DNA from: an uncultured Pseudomonadota bacterium
GTDB lineage: Bacteria; Pseudomonadota; Alphaproteobacteria; Rs-D84
Assembly (NCBI GenBank): GCA_902784345.1
Contig: CACZUD010000002.1
Location: 4,912 to 68,911 of the forward strand
DNA: 64,000 nt
Direction: 5' to 3'
In this document: one piece after another, positions 1-8,050 of the stretch
Numbering within the stretch: position 1 is the stretch's first letter
How the letters are laid out: the number at the start of each line of letters is the position of its first letter
Program-made: the position numbers and the translations under genes
Notes under the pieces: generated by a model
What the model saw: the letters and a program-made list of their open reading frames with translations, nothing else
Told to the model about the DNA's origin: nothing
The model's database searches: none

Positions 1-351
1 CATAGAACGTTCACCACGTTTTCTTGCGAACATCACCAACCAACGCAATGCCAGTGTTTGTTGACGATCTTTGCGAACTTCTACTGGAACTTGGTAAGTA
101 GCACCACCAACACGACGACCTTTTACTTCGACAGATGGTTTCAAAGCATCGATTGCTTCCAAAAAGAGTGTTAATTCATCTTTGTCTTTTGTGATAGTTT
201 TCAATTTTTCCATTGCACCATAAACTATGTTTTCAGCAACTTCTTTTTTACCATCCCACATAACAACATTAATACATTTTGCAACAACCAGATTATGATA
301 CTTTGAATCTGGCAAGATTTCGCGTTTTGTTGCAGCTTTACGTCTTGACAT
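1..351 (-). CDS. rpsG: 30S ribosomal protein S7 (N-terminal part; gene runs off the window start)
   Basis: Reverse translation from ATG at 351..349 reads [25 protein letters not shown]..., a typical S7 N-terminus. It lies directly downstream of rpsL as in the str operon. It is absent from the ORF track because it is truncated by the window edge. Confidence 0.9.
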   Translation of the reverse strand, partial: MSRRKAATKREILPDSKYHNLVVAKCINVVMWDGKKEVAENIVYGAMEKLKTITKDKDELTLFLEAIDALKPSVEVKGRRVGGATYQVPVEVRKDRQQTLALRWLVMFARKRGERSM

Positions 352-416
352 ATTTATTTTCCTTTTAGTTTCTTCACTTGGTTTCCCAAATTACTCACAC
401 CGAAATTCGATGTGTA

Positions 417-788
417 TTATTTTTTACCTTTTGCGCCATACAGAGAACGACCTTGTTTTCTGCTTTCGACGCCTTTTGTATCAAGGACACCACGAATAAT
501 ATGATATTTAACACCTGGCAAGTCCTTTACACGACCACCACGAATCATAACAACACTGTGTTCCTGAAGGTTATGACCTTCGCCTGGAATATAAGCTGTT
601 ACTTCATGACCATTAGCCAATTTAACACGCGCAACTTTACGTTGAGCAGAGTTAGGTTTCTTTGGTGTAGTTGTGTAAACACGCGTACAAACACCGCGCT
701 TTTGAGGATTCGACATCATATCAGGTGCAGTAGATTTTACTGCAACTTTTTTACGAGGTTTCCGAATCAGTTGATTTACTGTTGGCAT
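417..788 (-). CDS. rpsL: 30S ribosomal protein S12
   Basis: 123 aa starting [14 protein letters not shown], with [25 protein letters not shown] and [18 protein letters not shown], near-invariant S12 blocks. Confidence 0.97.
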   Translation of the reverse strand: MPTVNQLIRKPRKKVAVKSTAPDMMSNPQKRGVCTRVYTTTPKKPNSAQRKVARVKLANGHEVTAYIPGEGHNLQEHSVVMIRGGRVKDLPGVKYHIIRGVLDTKGVESRKQGRSLYGAKGKK

Positions 789-1058
789 TCAAATTCTCTT
801 TGTTTTTTTATTCTCTTTTTTTCCATACGAAACCCGCAAGCAGACTTATTTCTGGTGCATGCACCGGATTATAAATCTCGCACAAACTGCGGTTTTCTGT
901 GTTTCTTACTTTCCTTCATTACACGGAAAGCAAACACATTATAACCTTGCCCCGCAAATTGTCAAGAAAAATATCGGACTTTTCTCTGTAAAAACCGCTG
1001 AAAATCTATACTTTTCAACGTCGCATTAAACGCAAAGCCCCAAGATTAAAGCGTTTGA

Positions 1059-1607
1059 TTAAAAAGCTGTCTTAAATCCGACACTTACACCGGTTGTATC
1101 GGCATTTACAGACACACCTTTTGGCATATATTCATCAACCAAAATCCATGTAAACAATCCAGCCACAGCAGCACCAGCAACTGTATCGTGAAAATAATGT
1201 GCCTGGGTATCAATGCGGGTATAACTTGTAATAATACTCATAGCATATGGAATTAACGCTGGTTTCCATCCATATCTTTTATGAACAAACATCGCCCCAG
1301 AAAAAGCACCTGCCGCATGACCACTTGGGAAAGATTTTTTATCATGCTTGTTTGGACGTTCTTCAAGTTTTAATGCCTTGATACCTTCTGTGGCGGCTTG
1401 TGTCGCAACCAACACTTCTGCCAATTGTAATGTTCCTTTATAATCTTCTTCCATCATGGTCATACCAAACGCATACGCAGGCGCCATTACCATAAACAAA
1501 TCGCCCAATCGTGTTTCATCTGCAAACGGACCCGACCAAGCTTTTGCACTATCAAAAACAGAAAACAACACAACGATTCCCAACAACACACGGTTAAGCA
1601 TCTTCAT
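1059..1607 (-). CDS. PAP2-family (acid/lipid phosphatase) membrane protein with signal peptide
   Basis: PAP2 motif series is present: K-x6-RP (KLEERP), PSGH (SFPSGHAAG), and TRIDTQAHYFHDTVAG (SR-x5-H-x3-D-like). Confidence 0.75.
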   Translation of the reverse strand: MKMLNRVLLGIVVLFSVFDSAKAWSGPFADETRLGDLFMVMAPAYAFGMTMMEEDYKGTLQLAEVLVATQAATEGIKALKLEERPNKHDKKSFPSGHAAGAFSGAMFVHKRYGWKPALIPYAMSIITSYTRIDTQAHYFHDTVAGAAVAGLFTWILVDEYMPKGVSVNADTTGVSVGFKTAF

Positions 1608-1690
1608 TTTTATACCTTTTGATAAGATTGATTTCCTAGGAACATTATCACACTAAAAAAGATCCTGCAAGAAGAAATATATCGTTGTGC

Positions 1691-1770
1691 TTCATAAATA
1701 ATAAAAAAAGCCCAATCAAACGACCGGGCCTTATATTTTTCAATGGGATGATTAGAAATCGATACCGCAA
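1691..1770. repeat. Degenerate orphan copy of the 3' end plus terminator of the OMP gene at 2027..2869
   Basis: Aligns with 1963..2045. Identical blocks are ataaaaaaagccc (13 nt) and gattagaaatcgataccg (18 nt, covering the stop plus G-I-D-F codons of the OMP gene). No ORF is attached to this copy. Confidence 0.7.
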
Positions 1771-1820
1771 ACAAGTAGATTTTACAAGCGCAACGCGCAC
1801 AGTAAAATCGTTACGGTTTC

Positions 1821-1913
1821 CGCCAGAGCACCAGGCACATGCCAATGTGCCGCACGAAAACGAAGTTTGCGTGAACATTGGTGCGCATGGCGAATACGAG
1901 AATGAACATTTAG
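1821..1913 (+). repeat. Hairpin-rich intergenic element, copy b (homologous to 4173..4272 on the opposite strand)
   Basis: Shares these blocks with copy d: cgccagag, a GGCAC..GTGCC hairpin, a GAAAAC..GTTT(T/G)C hairpin, and gcatggcgaatacgaRRatgaacaWttag (27/30 identical). It contains the mini-ORF ATG GCG AAT ACG AGA ATG AAC ATT TAG at 1887..1913. Confidence 0.6.
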
Positions 1914-1973
1914 TAAAATATTAAAAAATCTCCCTTGGTCGATTTTTTTGATTTTAGTTATGTTCATCGAGGC

Positions 1974-2004
1974 ATAAAAAAAGCCCGTTCAATCGAACGG
2001 ACTT
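1974..2004 (-). terminator. Rho-independent terminator after the OMP gene
   Basis: Hairpin CCGTTC-aatc-GAACGG (1985..2000), followed on the minus strand by a T-run (A-run 1976..1982 on plus). Confidence 0.6.
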
Positions 2005-2026
2005 TTTTATTTGTTTTTGGTTTGGA

Positions 2027-2869
2027 TTAGAAATCGATACCGAATTTAGCACCAAATCCAAAACCTTTTTCTGCTTTCCATTGGTCATGGTTATCACCAC
2101 CTTGGTGATTCATAGAACCGTTAACGTACAAACCAACATATTTTGTTGCATCGATGTTGAAGTTTGCACCGATTGTACCTGTCCAGATACCAGCGTTATG
2201 GATTTCTGCAGCAACAGTATCTACACCACGATCGTGTTTATCCAATCTGCCTGTGTATTCGACACCTGCAACCATGTTGAAGTGTGGACAAAATACATAT
2301 TGTGCATCCAATCCCAATGCCAATGTGTGTCTGCCCATTTTGCCTTCGTCAGCATTCCATTTGAATGATTCTTCATTCCAGTAATTGAACAAAGCATGTG
2401 CAGCAACTGTCCAAGACTTTGCCATATAACCACCACGAACACCTGCTGTCCAAGTGTATGAAGTTACGTCTTTGTCAAACCATGCATTATCGTCAATAGC
2501 TGGATGATTATACAAACCACTTGCTTTGTATTGACCGATTAAATCAGCTTTCCATGCACCCATATCCAATGCGCGGAATGCAGCACCTAATTTAAAGCTA
2601 TCCCATGCATATGTATCGAAAGTTTTTTCTACTGATCTTTCAGTAAAATCTGCACCTGCGATAACAGCCAATTTATCAGAAATACCATAGCCAAATTCTT
2701 GACCCAATGCCCATGTACGACCTGGTTCAGAATGAGATTCCAAAGCTGTTTCACTGTATAAGTGTCCTGCTTTTGGCATATACAATGGATTACCATCGAT
2801 CACGTTAGCAGCGTGAGCGCCAGAAACAGCAAATACAGCCAATAAAGATGTCAAAGCTAATTTTTTCAT
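2027..2869 (-). CDS. Outer-membrane beta-barrel (porin-like) protein
   Basis: Signal peptide MKKLALTSLLAVFAVSGAHA, alternating aromatic/Gly-rich beta-strand pattern, and C-terminal ...GFGAKFGIDF ending in Phe. Confidence 0.7.
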   Translation of the reverse strand: MKKLALTSLLAVFAVSGAHAANVIDGNPLYMPKAGHLYSETALESHSEPGRTWALGQEFGYGISDKLAVIAGADFTERSVEKTFDTYAWDSFKLGAAFRALDMGAWKADLIGQYKASGLYNHPAIDDNAWFDKDVTSYTWTAGVRGGYMAKSWTVAAHALFNYWNEESFKWNADEGKMGRHTLALGLDAQYVFCPHFNMVAGVEYTGRLDKHDRGVDTVAAEIHNAGIWTGTIGANFNIDATKYVGLYVNGSMNHQGGDNHDQWKAEKGFGFGAKFGIDF

Positions 2870-3034
2870 TTTTTATCCTTTCTATCGGTTAAACTTACGT
2901 CAGGCTTTTTTTCCTGATATGAATATTATCTCATCAGACAGGCAAATATTCAAGAAAATTAAAATCTTGATATTATATATATTCTGTGATATAATTGCGC
3001 ACGTTGCGCAGATTTTTGAGAAATCGCGCTTTTT

Positions 3035-4045
3035 TTATTTATTCAATTCTTTTTTGATTTCGCGCCAGGCTTCGTGATTTTTTTGGTGTTCTTTGTAATT
3101 CTTGGAAAACTTATGTCCACCACGTCCATCTGCAACAAAGAACAAATATTTTGTATGAGCAGGTTTTAAAACACCGCGAATCGCATCACGCCCAACATTA
3201 CAAATAGGATGCGGTGGCAATCCGCTATTCATATAAGTATTATATGGATTGTCTATTTTTAGATGTCCAGACAACAAGGGTTCCCCATGCATATCACCTT
3301 CTGAATCCGTAAGGGCATAAATAACTGTTGGATCTGCCTGCAGGCGCATATTTATATTTAAACGGTTAAGATACACACTGGCGACAATTGGCATTTCACG
3401 TCTTTGTGGGGTTTCTTTTTGAACAATAGACGCCAAAACCATGACCTCTTCCCAAGAATGCAGAGGCGTTGGATATTTAGCACCATCAAAAGATTCTTTT
3501 ACTTCTATCATTTTTTTACGTGCCAATTCAAGAACTGCTAAACGCGATGTACCACGCGCGATTCGATAAGTATCCGGAAAAATATCACCATCGTGCAAAT
3601 CACATACAGGTTGGTCTTTGTCACAATTAACATCGCCTGTTAAGAAAGGCACTTTTATCAACATATTTTTTATTTGAATAACTGTCATGCCTTCTGGGAT
3701 AGTAATTGCTGTCGTCGCAATTTGTCCCTTGGCCAACATAGAAGCGACAGTCCAAACACCTGCCCCACGTGGAATATCATATTCCCCGGCTTGAATCTTG
3801 CCACCGTTCATACGAACAGAAAAATAAAACAATTCTTTGGATTTAATTATATTACTTTTATAAAGGTAATTAGTTACACCTGTAACCGAAGCGCCACGTG
3901 GCACAATCACACTAACTGGTTTACGAACGGGCGACCAAACATTAAAGATAAAGAAAACAATAAATACGACAACACAGGCAATCGCCAATCCGAACTTAAC
4001 CCACTCTTTAATTTTTCTGAATTTTCGCTTTGATAATATTTTCAT
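3035..4045 (-). CDS. mltG: Endolytic murein transglycosylase MltG (YceG-like)
   Basis: N-terminal TM anchor, then YceG-like blocks: ITIPEGMTV, ASIVQKETPQRREMPIVASVYLNRLNINMRLQADPTVIYAL, NPYNTY. Confidence 0.85.
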   Translation of the reverse strand: MKILSKRKFRKIKEWVKFGLAIACVVVFIVFFIFNVWSPVRKPVSVIVPRGASVTGVTNYLYKSNIIKSKELFYFSVRMNGGKIQAGEYDIPRGAGVWTVASMLAKGQIATTAITIPEGMTVIQIKNMLIKVPFLTGDVNCDKDQPVCDLHDGDIFPDTYRIARGTSRLAVLELARKKMIEVKESFDGAKYPTPLHSWEEVMVLASIVQKETPQRREMPIVASVYLNRLNINMRLQADPTVIYALTDSEGDMHGEPLLSGHLKIDNPYNTYMNSGLPPHPICNVGRDAIRGVLKPAHTKYLFFVADGRGGHKFSKNYKEHQKNHEAWREIKKELNK

Positions 4046-4092
4046 AAAACGGATTATAAACTATGTTTTTTTAAAAACAATAAAATAAAATT

Positions 4093-4105
4093 TGGTCGGA
4101 GTGGC
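4093..4105 (-). repeat. Orphan copy of the tRNA-Pro(GGG) 3' end (acceptor strand + CCA)
   Basis: tggtcggagtggc is identical to 4335..4347, the 3' end of the intact tRNA-Pro 242 bp to the right, in the same orientation. Confidence 0.6.
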
Positions 4106-4172
4106 TCCTGTCCTTGATAAACAATAACCAAAATTTCAAAAATCTCGCAAACTTCAATTTTTGAAAATTTTT

Positions 4173-4272
4173 CTAATTGTTCATCTTCGTATTCGCCATG
4201 CGTATCTTTGGGCTAACGCCCAAGAAAACATTGTTTTCAAACGGCACTTATCGTGCCGTTAACACTCTGGCG
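4173..4272 (-). repeat. Hairpin-rich intergenic element, copy d (homologous to 1821..1913)
   Basis: Consecutive hairpins on the minus strand: GGCG-ggata-CGCC, ACGGCAC-gataa-GTGCCGT, GAAAAC-aat-GTTTTC, TTGGGC-gtta-GCCCAA. Mini-ORF ATG GCG AAT ACG AAG ATG AAC AAT TAG lies at 4199..4173. Confidence 0.6.
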
Positions 4273-4273
4273 T

Positions 4274-4286
4274 ATCCCGCCACTCC
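4274..4286 (+). repeat. Inverted fragment of the tRNA-Pro(GGG) T-stem/acceptor 3' strand
   Basis: atcccgccactcc on the plus strand equals the sense sequence of the minus-strand tRNA-Pro. With 4098..4105 (ggagtggc) it forms an 8-bp inverted repeat bracketing copy d. Confidence 0.55.
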
Positions 4287-4303
4287 TTTTTGACAGATAA
4301 AAT

Positions 4304-4326
4304 AAAAAAGGGACAAGCCCTTTTTT
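4304..4326. terminator. Bidirectional hairpin terminator downstream of tRNA-Pro(GGG)
   Basis: AAAAAAGGG-acaag-CCCTTTTTT, a perfect 9-bp stem built from an A-run and a T-run. Confidence 0.6.
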
Positions 4327-4334
4327 ATTTTATC

Positions 4335-4411
4335 TGGTCGGAGTGGCGGGATTTGAACCCGCGACCTTTTGCCCCCCAGACAAACACGCTACCAGACTGC
4401 GCTACACCCCG
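4335..4411 (-). tRNA. tRNA-Pro (anticodon GGG), CCA encoded
   Basis: Reverse complement folds as a cloverleaf: acceptor CGGGGTG/CACTCCG, anticodon loop CTGGGGG, T-arm GCGGG-TTCAAAT-CCCGC, 3' ACCA. Confidence 0.9.
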
Positions 4412-4824
4412 AAAACTTTTTGTTTTAATAAATTTTGCGCCGACAAAAATAAATTCTTTGGCAATTTGTTTACATCAAACCAACGCCATTCTTTGCATTT
4501 ATTTGGTTCCATAACCTTTGGAACAGACAAAACATTATCAACACGATAATGAGTTGTTAAATAATGTGAATCTGGGAACATGTCATCTGTAACAGCAAGA
4601 AACTTTAACGAGTTTAAATTTAATACAATACCTGTCTCTTCAAATGTTTCACGAATCGCGGTATCAAACAGAGTTTCATTTTTTTCCGGTTTTCCGCCAG
4701 GGGCAGACCAAGTGTTAAAACCATGCTTTGACAAACGCAATCCCATCAATACCTGACCAGATGGATTAAACATCCAAACACCAACACCTTGTCTCATCTC
4801 CATATTTTTATTCGCCACATACAT
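4402..4824 (-). CDS. NUDIX hydrolase
   Basis: Nudix box GGKPEKNETLFDTAIRETFEETG (G-x5-E-x7-REUxEExGU). Start trimmed to MYVANKN because the upstream part of the ORF overlaps tRNA-Pro(CGG). The last ~10 nt overlap the 5' end of tRNA-Pro(GGG). Confidence 0.8.
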   Translation of the reverse strand: MYVANKNMEMRQGVGVWMFNPSGQVLMGLRLSKHGFNTWSAPGGKPEKNETLFDTAIRETFEETGIVLNLNSLKFLAVTDDMFPDSHYLTTHYRVDNVLSVPKVMEPNKCKEWRWFDVNKLPKNLFLSAQNLLKQKVFGV

Positions 4825-4883
4825 AACAAGTACCCTTTTTGTATTTTTATTTCTGTCGCGGCTTTGCCTGTGGCAAAGACGGA

Positions 4884-4960
<77 letters not shown>

Positions 4961-4970
4961 AAAAACAAAC

Positions 4971-5288
4971 CTATTTTACATATTGATTCTGATTTTGCAA
5001 CGCTTTATTTATCATATTACCTGTAATTTCTTGTGCCCGTTCAACAGTTGTTTTACGAAACCATTCTGTCATATCTTTTGATGGCAACCCCATTAAAAGT
5101 TCGCGATGTTGCCCTGGATTTTTTGTGACCCAAAAAACAAAATGGCAACAACGTTCATCAACGCATGTTAATTTTTTGCAAAATAAATCTTTATCTAAAT
5201 TTCGCAAACAACACGCACTGCAATTACCCAAACCTTCTGCCAAAACAGGTTTCATATTATCTTCAAACCAATTCACATTGTACGCCAT
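4971..5288 (-). CDS. Cys-rich hypothetical protein, translationally coupled to fabF
   Basis: 105-aa ORF with 7 Cys (CSACC, C-x4-C, CC). Its ATG overlaps the fabF stop (TAATG). I recognise no family. Confidence 0.45.
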   Translation of the reverse strand: MAYNVNWFEDNMKPVLAEGLGNCSACCLRNLDKDLFCKKLTCVDERCCHFVFWVTKNPGQHRELLMGLPSKDMTEWFRKTTVERAQEITGNMINKALQNQNQYVK

Positions 5289-6538
5289 TATTTCACGCGC
5301 TTTAAAATCAAAGATGCGTTTGTTCCACCGAATCCGAATGAATTACTTAACGCTGCATCAACTTTACGTTTTTGTGCTTTATTTGGAACAAGGTTAAAAT
5401 CACCAACTTCGTCGATAGGATTTTCCAGATTGATTGTTGGCGGTACGATATTATCGCGAATCGCCAATGCAGAAAAGACTGCTTCGATTGCACCTGCTGC
5501 ACCCAACAAATGTCCTGTCATTGATTTAGTCGAAGACATACATGTATTCCCATTGCCAAACAATTCTTTGACCGCAATCAATTCGCCTAAATCACCTAAA
5601 CCAGTTGATGTTCCATGTGCATTTACATAATCAATATCTTCCGGTTTCAATCCAGATTTTTCCAGCGCAATCAACATAGCTCTTTTGCCGCCTTCGCCAT
5701 CTGGTGCAGGTGCAGTTATATGATGTGCATCTGCAGACATACCAAATCCGGCAACTTCTGCATAAATTTTTGCCCCACGTTTAACCGCGTGTTCGTATTC
5801 TTCCAAAACCAAAATACCGGCACCTTCTGCGACAACGAAACCATCCCTGTCTTTATCCCATGGACGCGAAGCGTGTATAGGGTCATCGTTTCTTGTACTT
5901 AACGCGCGCATTGCTGCAAACCCTGCCATTCCCAATTTACACACCGCAGATTCAGAACCACCACAAATCATAATTTCTGCGTCCCCTCGTCTGATTATTT
6001 CTGCACCTTCGCCGATTGAATGTGCCCCAGTTGCACACGCTGTTGACATCGCAATATTTGGTCCACCAAAACCATATTTAATGGATATATATCCCGCTGG
6101 CATATTTATAATAGATTTAGGAACAAAAAATGGACTTACATATTTAGCACCATTTGTGATTATTTCTGTATCAGTATCAGATATAGTAGAAAGGCCGCCA
6201 ACACCACTGCCAACAGACACACCTACTTTCATTTTATCGCCGTCATAATCTTCCAAGCCCGCATCTTTAATTGCTTCACTTGCAGCAACCAACGCGTACA
6301 TTATTGTTTTTTCCATTTTGCGCTGTTCGCGTGGATCAATAACAGAATCAGGATTATATTCACCTGGATTTGTCCCACGCACTGGCATACCAGCAATCTG
6401 AGAAGAAATATCAGAAACATCAAAATCTGTTACTTTACGAATACCGCTTTTTCCTGCTAATAAATTCTTCCAAGCATATTCGATACCACTGCCAACTGGC
6501 GAAACAATTCCCATACCTGTGATAACAACTCTTTTCAT
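5288..6538 (-). CDS. fabF: 3-oxoacyl-ACP synthase II
   Basis: MKRVVITGMGIVSPVG..., active-site context AMSTACATGAH, HITAPAPDGEG, NAHGTSTGLGD, NSFGFGGTNASL. Start trimmed to MKRVV. Confidence 0.95.
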   Translation of the reverse strand: MKRVVITGMGIVSPVGSGIEYAWKNLLAGKSGIRKVTDFDVSDISSQIAGMPVRGTNPGEYNPDSVIDPREQRKMEKTIMYALVAASEAIKDAGLEDYDGDKMKVGVSVGSGVGGLSTISDTDTEIITNGAKYVSPFFVPKSIINMPAGYISIKYGFGGPNIAMSTACATGAHSIGEGAEIIRRGDAEIMICGGSESAVCKLGMAGFAAMRALSTRNDDPIHASRPWDKDRDGFVVAEGAGILVLEEYEHAVKRGAKIYAEVAGFGMSADAHHITAPAPDGEGGKRAMLIALEKSGLKPEDIDYVNAHGTSTGLGDLGELIAVKELFGNGNTCMSSTKSMTGHLLGAAGAIEAVFSALAIRDNIVPPTINLENPIDEVGDFNLVPNKAQKRKVDAALSNSFGFGGTNASLILKRVK

Positions 6539-6660
6539 AAAAAAATCCTTTTTGTGTAATATATCGCGCCAATCATACAATAAAAAGTTCACTAAATCAA
6601 CGACATAAAAAATAATGCCGCCAAAACGGCGACATTATCATAAAAATCTTTCAGCAACGA

Positions 6661-6894
6661 TTATTTTGCGTGAGCATCAATATATTTAACTGCATCACCA
6701 ACAGTTGTCAATTTTGTTGCTTCTTCATCAGGAATAGTGATATTGAATTCTTTTTCAACTTCCATAACAAATTCTACAACGTCCAAAGAATCCGCACCCA
6801 AATCATTTACAAAAGATGCTGTTTCAGTAACTTTAGATTCATCAACACCCAATTTATCACATACAATTTTTTTTACTTTTTCAAAAGTAGACAT
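6661..6894 (-). CDS. acpP: Acyl carrier protein
   Basis: 77 aa with [20 protein letters not shown] (phosphopantetheine attachment Ser in DSLD). Confidence 0.95.
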   Translation of the reverse strand: MSTFEKVKKIVCDKLGVDESKVTETASFVNDLGADSLDVVEFVMEVEKEFNITIPDEEATKLTTVGDAVKYIDAHAK

Positions 6895-6955
6895 TTCATA
6901 TCCTTTATTTATGTTAATCTTATCGGCCCGTTTTTACCCAAGCGCCTTTCCTAAC

Positions 6956-6984
6956 AAAATATCATTTTATGACAAGACTGTCAA
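6956..6984 (-). promoter_or_regulatory. Candidate sigma70-type promoter for acpP
   Basis: Minus strand reads TTGACA, a 17-nt spacer, then TATTTT, about 60 nt upstream of the acpP ATG. Confidence 0.4.
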
Positions 6985-7032
6985 GAAATTATAACAAACG
7001 ATAACAAAGTGTTGACTTTTATAAAAAAAGTA

Positions 7033-8031
7033 TTAAGCGAACAATTCGTCCAACAAATCGTTCATATTACAACGCAAATTATCTTTGTCAGGATTCCAAA
7101 CCAATGCATGCATAAGGAATTTATGAACATCGTCCATCGTAACATTCGGCATATTTGCATTCTTTACAACACGTTTCCATGCCGTACGTGGATCTGTTAA
7201 ATGAAAACGTCCACGCCCCATAAAGACCCATTCGCCATCTTGTGGTAAATCTTGCAGCAACAATACCCCCCTGTCAGACAAAGGCATGTCGCCCCACATG
7301 TCATGATTAAAATCTAAATCTTCCCAACGCATTTTGAATATTTTTGTTTTTGGCGCAAAACCATAAATCAACATCAAAAACGCAGAACGCAGATTAATAT
7401 CTTTTTCTTTTTTTATCGCGGACAATAATTTTTGCAGACCAGATTTATTTAACTTTCTTTCACGTCGCACAACAGTAATTCTGGCGATATTATCCATTGG
7501 GTTATCTTTTCTGTATCCCATATTCAGTGCATAATTAAAAATGCTCTGTAATAATTCTTGCATACGCAGCGCCATCGCACGACCAGAAATATTATCCAAA
7601 GATTTTTGTAAATCTGACACTGTTAAATCTTGGATAGTTTTATCAAACAAATCTTTAAAATGCATATTTATTGCGCGTTTTAATTTGTTAAGCGAATCTT
7701 CACTGCGACGCACCTTGTGTTCCAAATACAGTTCAACAAAATTTTTAAACAATATTTTCTTTCTGCGTGTCGGAATTTTTTTAGATGCGTTATCTAAAAC
7801 TTCTGCAACCTTGGCACGCGCATCTTCTATATCTGTTTCAGGATACTTTCCAATAATGATTCTTTTATCATGACCATTGACGCGTTTACGAACAAAGAAA
7901 CTTTTAACGCCACGTTGTGTTATGTACATACGCAATCTTGGTTCCGATAAATCTTGCACGACATCAAAACCGGTTTCCGGTGCAGGAAGACTATCAAGTA
8001 TATATGAATTAAAGAAAAACTGATGTGCCAT
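7033..8031 (-). CDS. Tyrosine-integrase-like protein (P4/DUF4102-type N-terminus) lacking the catalytic residues
   Basis: The N-terminus (LRMYITQRGVKSFFVRKRVNGHDKRIIIGKYPETDIEDARAKV) resembles the arm-binding domain of P4-type integrases. Box I reads GFAPKTKIFKMRWEDLD (Arg replaced by Pro). Box II reads TMDDVHKFLMH instead of HxLRHT. There is no C-terminal LGH..Y segment. Confidence 0.6.
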   Translation of the reverse strand: MAHQFFFNSYILDSLPAPETGFDVVQDLSEPRLRMYITQRGVKSFFVRKRVNGHDKRIIIGKYPETDIEDARAKVAEVLDNASKKIPTRRKKILFKNFVELYLEHKVRRSEDSLNKLKRAINMHFKDLFDKTIQDLTVSDLQKSLDNISGRAMALRMQELLQSIFNYALNMGYRKDNPMDNIARITVVRRERKLNKSGLQKLLSAIKKEKDINLRSAFLMLIYGFAPKTKIFKMRWEDLDFNHDMWGDMPLSDRGVLLLQDLPQDGEWVFMGRGRFHLTDPRTAWKRVVKNANMPNVTMDDVHKFLMHALVWNPDKDNLRCNMNDLLDELFA

Positions 8032-8050
8032 GATTTTTCCTTTTGTTTGA

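Noticed and set aside
789-1058. Structured RNA or ribosomal-protein leader upstream of rpsL (12-bp palindrome GGTGCATGCACC at ~856..867, hairpin CTTTCC..GGAAAG).
   Set aside because: These are short isolated hairpins with no recognisable Rfam-like motif. They probably belong to a long 5' UTR or promoter region of the str operon, and there is not enough evidence for a distinct feature.
1648-1967. Three overlapping 61-79-aa ORFs in the ORF track between the PAP2 and OMP genes.
   Set aside because: They are mutually overlapping on both strands, have no RBS and no family resemblance, and span repeat and scar sequence. I treat the region as non-coding.
4093-4300. Possible tmRNA (ssrA): 5'/3' ends pair like an acceptor stem, the 3' end is ...CCGACCA, and the internal short ORF begins with an Ala codon after the ATG (GCG AAT ACG AAG ATG AAC AAT TAG).
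   Set aside because: There is no T-arm before the 3' acceptor strand. The acceptor copies tRNA-Pro (G3-C70, no G3:U70 alanine identity pair). The would-be tag ends ..MNN rather than a hydrophobic ..LAA-type tail. At about 200 nt there are no pseudoknot candidates. The homologous copy at 1821..1913 lacks the tRNA-like ends.
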